Both the position numbers and the translations under genes were made by a program. The notes under the pieces are model-generated. The model did no database searches. It was not told the origin of the DNA and worked only from the letters and a program-made list of their open reading frames with translations. From Candidatus Omnitrophota bacterium (GTDB lineage Bacteria; Omnitrophota; Gorgyraeia; JABMRN01; RBG-13-46-9), in the NCBI GenBank assembly GCA_043817155.1, contig JBDRHE010000085.1, positions 1,464-65,463 of the forward strand: a stretch of DNA of 64,000 nucleotides, read 5' to 3'. Positions 12,681 to 22,269 of this stretch are shown one piece after another. Position 1 is the stretch's first letter. Each line of letters opens with the position of its first letter.

Positions 12681-12931
12681 TCCACGCAGGTGTTTTAAAG
12701 GTAGGTTTTGAGATCCCGGAGAGCGCGTCGCTGAAAGATGAGATACGGCGCCTCTTTAATGTCTCGGTTTCAGAAGTAGCAAATCACGATAAATGGCAGA
12801 TGTCCACGTTTGGCATTTCATCGATATCGAACGATAAGAAACATATAGATTCCTCGTTTAGCAAGGTGAAGAATTATTTTGATAGAGAACGAAATAATGT
12901 CATTGTAAACTACCAGATGGAGATTTTATGA
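12677..12931 (+). CDS. DUF503 (YlxP) family protein, apparently internally shortened
   Basis: SLKD..FNVSVSEV..HDKWQ; position upstream of rbfA. Confidence 0.8.
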   Translation: MIHAGVLKVGFEIPESASLKDEIRRLFNVSVSEVANHDKWQMSTFGISSISNDKKHIDSSFSKVKNYFDRERNNVIVNYQMEIL

Positions 12932-13311
12932 GCAGAAGAACCGAAAGGGTGGCGGAAGCCATAAGGCGTATTACAGGCGAGCTAGTGCAGGGTGGGCTAA
13001 GGGACCCTCGCCTCGAAGGACTTATAACGGTAACAAAAGTGGAGGTGGCGCCTAATCTCAGGTATGCAAAGATCTTCTATAGCTTCCTGGGTGAAGATAA
13101 GAAGAAGCCGCGGGTTGCGAAGGGCTTAAAGAGCGCCAAGAATTATATCCGGAAACATATTGCCGAAGAACTGAAGCTCCGGTATGCGCCGGATATCGTC
13201 TTTGAAACGGATAGTAGCATGGAATATGCGAAACGCATAGATACTATTCTAAACAAATTACACGATGAGGAGAAAGATGAAAGCGATAGACAGGATAATA
13301 GGGGCGCTTAA
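12928..13311 (+). CDS. rbfA: Ribosome-binding factor A
   Basis: RTERVAE, DPRL, LRYAP.IVF. Confidence 0.95.
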   Translation: MSRRTERVAEAIRRITGELVQGGLRDPRLEGLITVTKVEVAPNLRYAKIFYSFLGEDKKKPRVAKGLKSAKNYIRKHIAEELKLRYAPDIVFETDSSMEYAKRIDTILNKLHDEEKDESDRQDNRGA

Positions 13312-14248
13312 AAGTTCCAAGAGGTCTGTGATAACTGCACATGTTAACCTGGAAGGCGACTCCCTGGGCAGTCAGCTGGCAATGGCAAATCTGCTGAAGT
13401 GCTTGGGTAAAAAGCCTGTTATCATTGACGATGATGAAGTACCGGAAATATACAGATTTTTGCCCGGGGCAAAGCTCGTTCGACACGTGTCCGATTACAA
13501 TAATGAAAAATTCGATACTGCCATCGTTCTCGATTGCCCGAATCTTCGAAGAACCGGAAGGGTGAAGGGTATCGTTGAGAAGGCCAAACAGGTGATCAAT
13601 ATAGACCATCATGTAAGCAACGAGGGTTTCGGAAATCTTATATGGGTGGAGAAGAACGCCAGTTCCGTGGGCGAAATGATCTATACGCTATTCAAAGAGC
13701 TATCGTGTGAGATCACAAAAGAGACGGCGCTATATTTGTACATATCCATTCTTACGGATACGGGGTCATTTAATTACAGCAATACGTCAGGCGCGACACA
13801 CCGGATTGTTAGCGAATTGCTGGGTTGCGGCATTGAGCCGTACGAAGTATCGAAGAGAGTCTATGAAAACAAGACGCTAGGAGAGATAAGGTTGCTGGCA
13901 AAGGTTCTGTCGGGACTCAATGTAACCGCGGACGGCAGGATTGCATATATCGCTGTTCGGAAGGAAGACCTTGAACATACAAAAACAAGACCGGTTTCAT
14001 GCGAGAACTTTGTAAACTTCGCCCGCTCTATCAAAGGAGTGGAGGTGGCGGTTTTCTTCCGCGAAAATATTTCAAAAAAAGGTTTGCTAAACGTAAGTTT
14101 CAGATCCTCCGGGAATGTTGATGTTAATAATATAGCGGCATCATTTGGCGGGGGAGGGCATAAGAACGCCTCAGGTTGTGTTATTGAAGGGCAGTTTGAA
14201 GGTATCAAAAAGAGGGTGCTAAATAGGATATCCGATGAGTTCAAATGA
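13277..14248 (+). CDS. nrnA: DHH/DHHA1 oligoribonuclease/PAP phosphatase
   Basis: IDHH, TDTGSF, SFRS, GGGGHKNASG; lies between rbfA and truB. Confidence 0.9.
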   Translation: MKAIDRIIGALKSSKRSVITAHVNLEGDSLGSQLAMANLLKCLGKKPVIIDDDEVPEIYRFLPGAKLVRHVSDYNNEKFDTAIVLDCPNLRRTGRVKGIVEKAKQVINIDHHVSNEGFGNLIWVEKNASSVGEMIYTLFKELSCEITKETALYLYISILTDTGSFNYSNTSGATHRIVSELLGCGIEPYEVSKRVYENKTLGEIRLLAKVLSGLNVTADGRIAYIAVRKEDLEHTKTRPVSCENFVNFARSIKGVEVAVFFRENISKKGLLNVSFRSSGNVDVNNIAASFGGGGHKNASGCVIEGQFEGIKKRVLNRISDEFK

Positions 14249-14924
14249 TGAAAGATGCGGAATCGTCCTTATCGACAAGCCGCATGGGCTTACCAGCCAC
14301 GATGTTGTGGATCTTATAAGAAGGAAACTTAAGATCAGGAAAGTGGGACATGCAGGTACGCTTGACCCAATGGCAACCGGCCTCTTGATAATTCTTTTGG
14401 GCAGATATACGAAGAAGTCGGATACTTTTTTAAATTATGATAAGGAGTACGTCGCGAGAATGATGCTCGGCGTGTCTACGGATACCGGGGATAAAGAGGG
14501 CAGAACTATAAGAGAGAGCGATATCTCGTCTTACAGGGAGCGCATTGATGATATGGAGGAGGTATTTGCTTCGTTTAAAGGGTCTATTCAACAAATCCCT
14601 CCAATGTACTCTGCCAAAAAGCTTAAAGGAAAGAAACTCTACGAGCTTGCCAGAAAAGGGATAGTGGTGGAAAGGCAGCCCCGGACCGTACAAATAAAGG
14701 ATATCGTCATGATCGAAGATGCTCTCCCGCACGTGACCTTTCGCGTTCGGTGCTCAAAAGGGACCTACATAAGACAGCTGGCGCACGATATTGGCGAGAA
14801 GGTAGGATGTGGGGCGCACCTGGTATCCTTGAAGAGAACAGAGATCGGCCCTTATGGCCTTGATGCGGCCATTCCGGCAGGGTCAGATGAAAGAGTATTG
14901 CATGAGAACATTTTACAAGCTTAA
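14235..14924 (+). CDS. truB: tRNA pseudouridine55 synthase
   Basis: GHAGTLDPMATG, QIPPMYSA, CSKGTYIR. Confidence 0.97.
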   Translation: MSSNDERCGIVLIDKPHGLTSHDVVDLIRRKLKIRKVGHAGTLDPMATGLLIILLGRYTKKSDTFLNYDKEYVARMMLGVSTDTGDKEGRTIRESDISSYRERIDDMEEVFASFKGSIQQIPPMYSAKKLKGKKLYELARKGIVVERQPRTVQIKDIVMIEDALPHVTFRVRCSKGTYIRQLAHDIGEKVGCGAHLVSLKRTEIGPYGLDAAIPAGSDERVLHENILQA

Positions 14925-15846
14925 TGACTTCCTCAAGTTCGTGCCTTCATCTTATAAATGCGTAGCTACAATTGGGGTTTTTGACGGCGTACACCTGGCA
15001 CATCAGAAGATCGTGAGAAGGGTTATGGGGGTAGCAAAGATGGATAATATAAAAACTCTCGTAATAACCTTTAATCCACACCCGACAAACGTGTTAAATA
15101 AGAGCATAAAAGTTCCGCTTCTTATTTCGCTGAAACACAGGCTGCGTCTTTTTGATGAGACAGGAATAGATTATGCTCTTGTCCTGCAATTTAATAAGCG
15201 TTTTGCAAGGATGCAGCCGGGGGACTTCATAAAAAAGGTGTTGGGAAGAATGCATTTGTGCGAGTTAATAGTCGGAAGGAATTTCTTATTTGGCAATAAA
15301 AAGAGAGGGACGTTTGCGGACCTGGTAAGGTTCTCAAAGGATCATGACTTTAAGATAAGTGCAGTGGGCACGTATAGAAGTTCCGGGAAGGCCATATCGA
15401 GTACACGAATTCGCCGGCTTATCCTGAATGGAGAGCTCAAAAGGGCGTCGAAACTGCTATCAAGGGCCGTGACCGTGCTGGGCACGGTGGTGAAAGGGTA
15501 TAAGAGAGGCAGGCTCATAGGATTTCGCACAGCCAATATCGACCCTCATCACGAAGCGATACCACCCTCAGGTGTCTATGCCGTCAGGATAAGATTTGAA
15601 GGGAAGAGACTTAAAGGCATCCTAAATATAGGCGTAAAGCCCACGTTTAACGATAGCAATAAGAAGATCGACCCGACCATAGAGGTCCACATCTTCAATT
15701 TCAATAAAGTAATATATGGGAAAGACTTGGAGATTGAATTTGTAAGGAGAATAAGGGGGGAGAGGAGATTCAAAGACGCTCATTCTCTTAGGTTGCAGAT
15801 TGAGCGGGATGAAGAGCTCTCAAAAAATATACTCTCTTTTCGCTAA
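14902..15846 (+). CDS. ribF: Bifunctional riboflavin kinase/FAD synthetase
   Basis: GVFDGVHLAH, ISSTRIR, GFRTAN, EVHIF. Confidence 0.96.
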   Translation: MRTFYKLNDFLKFVPSSYKCVATIGVFDGVHLAHQKIVRRVMGVAKMDNIKTLVITFNPHPTNVLNKSIKVPLLISLKHRLRLFDETGIDYALVLQFNKRFARMQPGDFIKKVLGRMHLCELIVGRNFLFGNKKRGTFADLVRFSKDHDFKISAVGTYRSSGKAISSTRIRRLILNGELKRASKLLSRAVTVLGTVVKGYKRGRLIGFRTANIDPHHEAIPPSGVYAVRIRFEGKRLKGILNIGVKPTFNDSNKKIDPTIEVHIFNFNKVIYGKDLEIEFVRRIRGERRFKDAHSLRLQIERDEELSKNILSFR

Positions 15847-15877
15847 CGCTATATAGAAAGAGTTAAGAGAAAAAGCA

Positions 15878-15967
15878 TTTACCCCATTAGATCCCTTTTA
15901 AGCCATTTCTTCTTGCGATGCATACATTTAGGCCAACATATATAAAATAATTATCTAACGGGGTTTA
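15878..15967. mobile_element. CCCCGTTAGA-type MITE-like element flanked by TTTA direct repeats
   Basis: TTTA-ccccattagat...atctaacgggg-TTTA. Confidence 0.65.
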
Positions 15968-15992
15968 CAAATCGCCACATTTGTGGTAGTAT
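15964..15992 (+). promoter_or_regulatory. Sigma70-type promoter for rpsO-pnp
   Basis: TTTACA-17-TAGTAT with extended TG. Confidence 0.6.
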
Positions 15993-16031
15993 AGCAACAC
16001 TATAATGTTACAAACCAAGGAGGAGATAGCT

Positions 16032-16301
16032 GTGGTATTAGCTAAGGAAAAGAAAAAGAATATCTTAGAGACGTATAAGCATCACGAGAAGGATACAGGC
16101 TCAGCCGCTGTTCAGGTGGCGCTAATAACTGAAAGGGTTAATTCGCTTGCCGATCATTTCAAAGCGCACAAAAAGGATTTTCAGTCGAGGCGTGGCCTTT
16201 TAAGGCTTGTAAGCCAGAGGCGCAGGTTAATGGACTACTTAAAGCGTCGCAGTAGAGCTGAATACGATTCCCTCTTGAAGAAGCTTAATTTACGTAAATA
16301 G
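16032..16301 (+). CDS. rpsO: 30S ribosomal protein S15
   Basis: DTGS..VQVALIT, HKKD..SRRGL; GTG 16032 after aggagg. Confidence 0.97.
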   Translation: MVLAKEKKKNILETYKHHEKDTGSAAVQVALITERVNSLADHFKAHKKDFQSRRGLLRLVSQRRRLMDYLKRRSRAEYDSLLKKLNLRK

Positions 16302-16394
16302 ATCAAGGTCGATACTGGGTGATTCTACATTATGCACTTATGATGAGCTAAGCACCTTCATAAGTGCAGTCTTATTAAGAAAGGAAGTTAAGAA

Positions 16395-18494
16395 ATGATA
16401 CAACGTGTTACTAAAATGATAGACAAGAACGAATTAATCATCGAAACCGGGAGGATCGCAAAACAGGCGGACGCTGCAGTTACTGTACAAATGGGCGATA
16501 CAGTTGTGCTTGTCACCTGCGTATGTTCCAAGGGAGTGAGGACAGGCATAGACTACCTTCCATTGATGGTCGAATACAGGGAGAAGACTTACGCTGCCGG
16601 AAAGATACCCGGAGGCTTCTTCAAGAGAGAGGGCAGGCCATCCGAAAAAGAGATCTTAACAGCCAGGCTCATTGATAGGCCCATAAGACCCCTTTTCCCT
16701 GAGGATATGATCAATGACATACAGGTGGTCTCTATGGTACTCTCGAGCGACGGGGAGAATGATTCAGACATACTGGCAGTGATCGGGGCATCGTGCGCGC
16801 TCTCAATTTCCGACATACCGTTTGATGGCCCTATAGGCTGCGTTCGCATCGGGATGATTGATGATAAGTTCGTTATTAATCCAACGTTTCAGGAAATGGA
16901 GATGAGTGCGCTGGATCTAGTCATTGCGGATCACAAGGGCAAGACCATCATGATAGAAGCTGGCGGGAAGGAATTGACCGAAGAAAAGATCGAAGAGGGT
17001 TTCGATTATGCGCAAAAGTATCTGAAAGAGATAGCTGGCTTGCAGAGCGAATTGGTCGCAAAGTGCGGGAAGAAGAAGCGTGAAGATATAGTGATAAGAA
17101 GAGCCGGTGAGGAACTGCTCCTTAAAGTAAAAGAGGCTTCGCAAGACAGGCTAAACGAGATCAATAAGCTGAGCCTGAAAGATCAGAGGGAAGAGGCTCT
17201 CACCATGCTGACCAAGGAGCTTGTTGAGAAATTTGTTACGAAAGAGGGCTCTGTTGAGACGTGGGAGGTTAAGTCTGCCCTTGATTCTCTCGAGAAGGAA
17301 GTGGTAAGAAGCCACATGTTAAAGAGCGACAAAAGGATCGATTCAAGGACATATAAAGATATCCGGCCTATAGAATGCAGCGCAGGTTTTTTGCCGCGTA
17401 CTCACGGATCAGGGTTATTCACCAGGGGTCAGACGCAAGCTCTTTGCGTAACTACATTAGGAACGAGCGCCGATGAGCAGAGGATAGATGCTTTAGAAGG
17501 GGAGACACAAAAATCCTTTATGTTGCATTACAACTTTCCATCATTTAGCGTGGGCGAGGTAAAACCTTTCAGGGGACCGGGTCGTCGGGAGATCGGACAT
17601 GGTGCTCTTGCGGAAAAAGCCTTAAAGCCTGTTATGCCTTCCGGGGAGACATTTCCCTATACCGTCAGGATAGTTTCAGATATACTTGAATCGAATGGCT
17701 CAAGCTCCATGGCCTCCGCGTGCGCTGCGTCCATCTCCTTGATGGATGCCGGTGTCCCGATCAAATCGTCGGTCGCCGGGATCGCTATAGGACTTGTATC
17801 GAAGGGAGATCAGCGCGTGTTCCTGACCGACATAGCAGGCCTCGAAGATCATTATGGAGATATGGATTTTAAGGTTGCCGGCACAAGGAACGGGATCACA
17901 GCTATACAAATGGATCTTAAGATCAAGGGCCTGGATAAAGAGGGGCTTAAGGAAGCCCTAAGCATGGCCAGGGAAGCCCGTTTTAAAGTGCTTGATATAA
18001 TGGATGGCGTTATATCGACACCGAAGGAGAGTATTTCGGATTTTGCACCTCGCATTGTCAATCTTAAGGTTAACCCTGAGAAGATCAAGGATATCATAGG
18101 GCCCGGTGGTAAAATCATCAAGAAGATCATACGCGATTACGGCGTTACTGTTGATGTTGATGATGACGGCAGCGTCCAAGTTGCATCAAACGATGAGAAA
18201 GCTATACAGGCCGCTATTGATGTTATAAAGGGGCTTACCGCTTCTGTTGAAGTGGGGAAGATATATTCGGGTACGATCACGCGTATAATGAATTTCGGAG
18301 CTTTTTGCGAGATCCTTCCCGGGAAAGAGGGGCTTATCCATGTGTCGGAACTTGCAAACAAATTTGTTAAAGAGGTGACACAAGAAGTAAATGTCGGAGA
18401 TAAGGTAAATGTTAAAGTAATTGAGATCGATCAACAGGGTAGGGTCAACTTAAGCAAGAAACAGGCGGAGGCGACAGAGGGTGATCCCAGTTAG
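16395..18494 (+). CDS. pnp: Polynucleotide phosphorylase
   Basis: IPGGFFKRE, RREIGHG, DMDFKVAG, KH and S1 domains. Confidence 0.98.
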   Translation: MIQRVTKMIDKNELIIETGRIAKQADAAVTVQMGDTVVLVTCVCSKGVRTGIDYLPLMVEYREKTYAAGKIPGGFFKREGRPSEKEILTARLIDRPIRPLFPEDMINDIQVVSMVLSSDGENDSDILAVIGASCALSISDIPFDGPIGCVRIGMIDDKFVINPTFQEMEMSALDLVIADHKGKTIMIEAGGKELTEEKIEEGFDYAQKYLKEIAGLQSELVAKCGKKKREDIVIRRAGEELLLKVKEASQDRLNEINKLSLKDQREEALTMLTKELVEKFVTKEGSVETWEVKSALDSLEKEVVRSHMLKSDKRIDSRTYKDIRPIECSAGFLPRTHGSGLFTRGQTQALCVTTLGTSADEQRIDALEGETQKSFMLHYNFPSFSVGEVKPFRGPGRREIGHGALAEKALKPVMPSGETFPYTVRIVSDILESNGSSSMASACAASISLMDAGVPIKSSVAGIAIGLVSKGDQRVFLTDIAGLEDHYGDMDFKVAGTRNGITAIQMDLKIKGLDKEGLKEALSMAREARFKVLDIMDGVISTPKESISDFAPRIVNLKVNPEKIKDIIGPGGKIIKKIIRDYGVTVDVDDDGSVQVASNDEKAIQAAIDVIKGLTASVEVGKIYSGTITRIMNFGAFCEILPGKEGLIHVSELANKFVKEVTQEVNVGDKVNVKVIEIDQQGRVNLSKKQAEATEGDPS

Positions 18495-18611
18495 ATCCAG
18501 GATGGATTGGCGGGAAAACACAACTTAGAAAGAGATCTACGGGGGTGATGCCCGTAAGATCCATATATGGATCGTTTAGACTATAATATTAAAAAGGATC
18601 TAACGTGGTGA
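18481..18611. mobile_element. Two tandem CCCCGTTAGA-type MITE-like units bounded and separated by GTGA
   Basis: GTGA at 18481, 18545 and 18608; each unit has ccc..agatc / gatct..gg inverted ends. Confidence 0.75.
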
Positions 18612-19057
18612 AGACCATAAGAGTAGACATAAAGAGGGAAGATCACGCCAAGGATCTGCCCCTTCCACGCTATATAACTGCCGGCTCAAGCGGCATGGAT
18701 CTTTACGCCGATGTAAAGGGCGTGCTTATGATCGGACCGGGCGAGATAAAGCTGGTCTCCTGCGGAATATACCTGAGTATTCCAGAAGGGTTCGAAGCTG
18801 AGATCAGACCGAGAAGCGGTCTTGCGCTGAAGCACGGTATTACACTTGTTAATACGCCAGGCACGATTGACAGCGATTATCGAGGACTGATCAGCCTGAT
18901 CATGACAAACTTGGGGCGCGAGCCATTTAAGGTCAAAAGAGGCGACAGGGTTGCGCAGATGATAATAAAAGAGACGATCCGAGCTCATCTTGTCGAACAG
19001 GACGATCTTGACCGGACCGTAAGGTCACAAGGTGGTTTTGGCCATACCGGAACATAA
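18605..19057 (+). CDS. dut: dUTP diphosphatase
   Basis: GMDL, RPRSGLA, GTIDSDYRG, GGFGHTG; start may be GTG 18608. Confidence 0.96.
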   Translation: MVKTIRVDIKREDHAKDLPLPRYITAGSSGMDLYADVKGVLMIGPGEIKLVSCGIYLSIPEGFEAEIRPRSGLALKHGITLVNTPGTIDSDYRGLISLIMTNLGREPFKVKRGDRVAQMIIKETIRAHLVEQDDLDRTVRSQGGFGHTGT

Positions 19058-19082
19058 ATCTAAATAAATACCCGTCACTATA

Positions 19083-21272
19083 TTGAAGATATCAAGATTA
19101 AATGAGATAAAATTAGTCCTCTTATTGGCTATAGCGCTTGTCATCTTCATAAGCCTGCTTTCTTTCAGTAAAGACGATATACCGGGTCTTACCTCTAACC
19201 CGAATATCACCAAGAACAACATAATCGGTTTCGTCGGAGCCTACCTGTCATGGGCGATCATCTTTCTGACGGGGCGCGGGGGATACGTAATACCCTTCTT
19301 CATAGCGATTTGGGGGGCCCTGTCACTTTTTGGTGGCAAGGTCCACAAGTTCTACCTGAGGGTTTTCGGTGCGATCTTTTTGATACTCGCCGTAAGTTCC
19401 ATATGTAGCCTTGTCGGTCCGGGTGACACCGCTTTCAGGTTCGAGCGGGGCGGAATAATAGGATTGGCATTTTCCGATTTCCTCATAACGTATCTCGGAA
19501 CCGCGGGTACATTCATATCCATAAGTGTTCTCCTGCTTCTCTCTCTCTATGTGACGACTGACCTTCTTCTCTTTCCTTTGGTAGGCTGGATCGCCGGGTT
19601 ATTTATAGCTATTATTAGGGTGGCAAGATCTATTCCGGTCAACCTTTCAAGAAGGGGCAGGCCGAAGGCTCTTCGGGAGAATCAGAGGCCGGTCAAGCCC
19701 GCGATAAACAGAGCCCTTGCGAAGATTAGAACGAAAGAAGTTTCAAATGAAAGGATCACAAAAGCTGTTGTAGCGACCTGGCCATCAGCTGAACAGGCCG
19801 GAAAAAAAGAGACATCTTTTGTTAAGGAGCCGAAGACCGAAGAGAAGAGAGTAAGTGATACAGCCCTCCCGTACGAGCTTCCCCCGCTTAGCCTTCTGAC
19901 CTCTCCTCCTCCCGTCGAAGAGAGGCTCATTAAAGACAACTTAGACGAGAGCTCAAGGATACTTGAAGAGACTTTGAGGGATTTTGGCATAGAGACGAAG
20001 GTTGTGAAGGTAAGTCGTGGACCCGTAATAACCAGATACGAACTTGAACCGGCCAGCGGTGTAAAGATCCACAAAATAACATCTCTTAGCGATAATATTG
20101 CGCTTGCAATGAAAGCGATGAGCATAAGGATCGTGGCTCCGATCCCGGGCAAGGGCACTATAGGCGTGGAAGTGCCTAATTCTAAAGGCGCATTAGTCTA
20201 TTTAAAAGAGACATTAGAATCGAAAGAGTATAAAGAGGCTAAGTCTAAATTAAAGCTGGTATTGGGTAAAGATATCGCAGGAAAACCTATGATGGCGGAT
20301 CTGGGCGATATGCCGCATCTTTTGATAGCGGGAGCCACCGGCTCAGGCAAGACCGTTTGCGTAAATGGCATAATTGCCACGCTTCTTTTTAATGCAAAGC
20401 CTTCGGAGCTGAAGTTTCTTATGGTGGACCCCAAGAGAGTGGAACTGGCAGCGTTTAATGATTTGCCGCACCTATTAGCGCCTGTCATAACTGATTCGAA
20501 GAAAGTTTCGCATGCGCTGAACTGGGCTATTGGCGAGATGGAGAGAAGGTACGAGACATTTGCGCAGTTAGGCGTAAGGAATATCGAGGGGTACAACAAG
20601 AGGAGCGAAAGCGAAGATCTCGCTGACCTTCCTTTCATAGTGATAATCATTGATGAGCTTGCGGACCTGATGCTCATTTCGCAGGAGGAAGTGGAGAATA
20701 TGATAACAAGGCTTGCCCAACTCTCCAGGGCTGTTGGAATACACATGGTCATTGCAACGCAGAGGCCGTCCGTCGATGTTATTACCGGCGTCATAAAGGC
20801 CAACTTCCCCTCCAGAATATCATTTAAAGTTGCGTCTAAGGTGGATTCGAGGACAGTTATAGACATGAATGGCGCAGAGAAGCTTCTGGGAAGGGGCGAT
20901 ATGCTATTTATGGAACCGGGTAACCCTAAACCGATCCGAGGGCAAGCCAGCCTCGTGGGCGATGATGAAATTGCAAGGATCACCGCTTTTATAAAAGCTC
21001 AAAGGAGCGCGGATTACGAGGAAGGGATCGTTAAAGTCGAAGATAAACCCAAGTACAAGAACTTCGAAAGAGATGACATTTACGGGGAAGCGGTAAAGAT
21101 GGTCATGCAGACCAGGCAGGCTTCCGTATCGATGTTGCAGAGAAGGCTTGGCGTTGGATATACAAGAGCCGCTCGGCTTATTGACATGATGGAGGATGAG
21201 GGAGTGGTCGGTCCTTATCAGGGGTCAAAACCCAGAGAGATACTTGTAGATACCGTTGACGAGAAAGTATGA
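19083..21272 (+). CDS. ftsK: DNA translocase FtsK
   Basis: N-terminal TM segments, GATGSGKT, IIDELAD, ATQRPS, gamma domain. Confidence 0.97.
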   Translation: MKISRLNEIKLVLLLAIALVIFISLLSFSKDDIPGLTSNPNITKNNIIGFVGAYLSWAIIFLTGRGGYVIPFFIAIWGALSLFGGKVHKFYLRVFGAIFLILAVSSICSLVGPGDTAFRFERGGIIGLAFSDFLITYLGTAGTFISISVLLLLSLYVTTDLLLFPLVGWIAGLFIAIIRVARSIPVNLSRRGRPKALRENQRPVKPAINRALAKIRTKEVSNERITKAVVATWPSAEQAGKKETSFVKEPKTEEKRVSDTALPYELPPLSLLTSPPPVEERLIKDNLDESSRILEETLRDFGIETKVVKVSRGPVITRYELEPASGVKIHKITSLSDNIALAMKAMSIRIVAPIPGKGTIGVEVPNSKGALVYLKETLESKEYKEAKSKLKLVLGKDIAGKPMMADLGDMPHLLIAGATGSGKTVCVNGIIATLLFNAKPSELKFLMVDPKRVELAAFNDLPHLLAPVITDSKKVSHALNWAIGEMERRYETFAQLGVRNIEGYNKRSESEDLADLPFIVIIIDELADLMLISQEEVENMITRLAQLSRAVGIHMVIATQRPSVDVITGVIKANFPSRISFKVASKVDSRTVIDMNGAEKLLGRGDMLFMEPGNPKPIRGQASLVGDDEIARITAFIKAQRSADYEEGIVKVEDKPKYKNFERDDIYGEAVKMVMQTRQASVSMLQRRLGVGYTRAARLIDMMEDEGVVGPYQGSKPREILVDTVDEKV

Positions 21273-22096
21273 CAAAGTTTACAAATCCAAAAGATGTGGG
21301 TGCGCAACTTAGAGGAGCGCGTCAAAAAAAAGGTCTTACGATAGAAAATACCTACAAGACCACCCACATACAACCAAAGACCATAGAGGCACTTGAAGAG
21401 GGTATTGCCGATGAGATCCTTGAGAGGATATACCTTCTCCTCTTCCTGAAAAAGTACGCAAATTTTCTTGGATTGGATGGAGAGGGTATAGCGAGTCAAT
21501 ACAAAAGATTTGAGGAAGATAAGACAGGTGGGGTTGAGGATCTGAGAAAGCCGAAGAGGGAACAAGAAGTTAGGCCTTCTCTCTTAAGTCATGTAAAGCC
21601 GGAGATCATAGCTGCGGGTCTCTTTTTATTGCTGTATTTTATATTCTTGTTTGGGGTTAAAGCCAGGATCCCGGGCAGACCGGAAAAAGCTTCTGTGCCG
21701 GATTTGAAAGATGCGCTCACCACCCTTGTGGTAACCGCAAAACCCATTGCCAAGCATATCCAGGAACCAGAACCCAGCGCGGAGGTAAAGAGACCTGTAG
21801 CACCTCCCTCTCACGCAAAACCCATAGATCTGGCCTTAAAGAGCGATGACGATGTTTGGATGAAGGTCAAGAGGGACGGGAAAGTCGTATTTGAAGGTAT
21901 TGTTGGAAAGAATCAGTCGAAGAGTTGGGCCGCTGATAATGCTATAGACCTATGGGTGGGGAGAGCGGAAGCGCTTGATTTTACGATAAACGGTAAGTTT
22001 GTCGGGAAGATAGGCGCAGGCAGGATCAAAGGTATAGTTCTCACCAGGAGTGGCTTAAAAGTTGAAGACAAGTGGCTGCTCAAATCAAGCGAATAA
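21269..22096 (+). CDS. rodZ: RodZ-like protein (HTH, TM, DUF4115)
   Basis: XRE-like N-terminus, one TM segment, VWMKV..DG domain; lies between ftsK and rimO. Confidence 0.85.
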   Translation: MTKFTNPKDVGAQLRGARQKKGLTIENTYKTTHIQPKTIEALEEGIADEILERIYLLLFLKKYANFLGLDGEGIASQYKRFEEDKTGGVEDLRKPKREQEVRPSLLSHVKPEIIAAGLFLLLYFIFLFGVKARIPGRPEKASVPDLKDALTTLVVTAKPIAKHIQEPEPSAEVKRPVAPPSHAKPIDLALKSDDDVWMKVKRDGKVVFEGIVGKNQSKSWAADNAIDLWVGRAEALDFTINGKFVGKIGAGRIKGIVLTRSGLKVEDKWLLKSSE

Positions 22097-22269
22097 TCCC
22101 ACCCCGGTACAATTCACTCCGCCCGCAGTCTTCCCAGGCTTTTGCCCGGGGATAGAATTTTGCACAGTGAAATTCATTACTTGGCGAGATGCTTAGCATC
22201 TCGCCAAAGGTGATGTGTGTTTTTGATGGAGGGAGCCCCGGACCTTAGCCCGGGGCTCCACTAGCAGAT

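Noticed and set aside
18481-18611. Mini-CRISPR or integron attC array
   Set aside because: Only two units with inverted ends, dispersed single copies elsewhere, no cassette ORFs and no intI or cas gene.
20198-20983. Long antisense ORFs (also 606-1328, 11162-11812, 37610-38350 and others)
   Set aside because: Shadow frames opposite well-supported genes.
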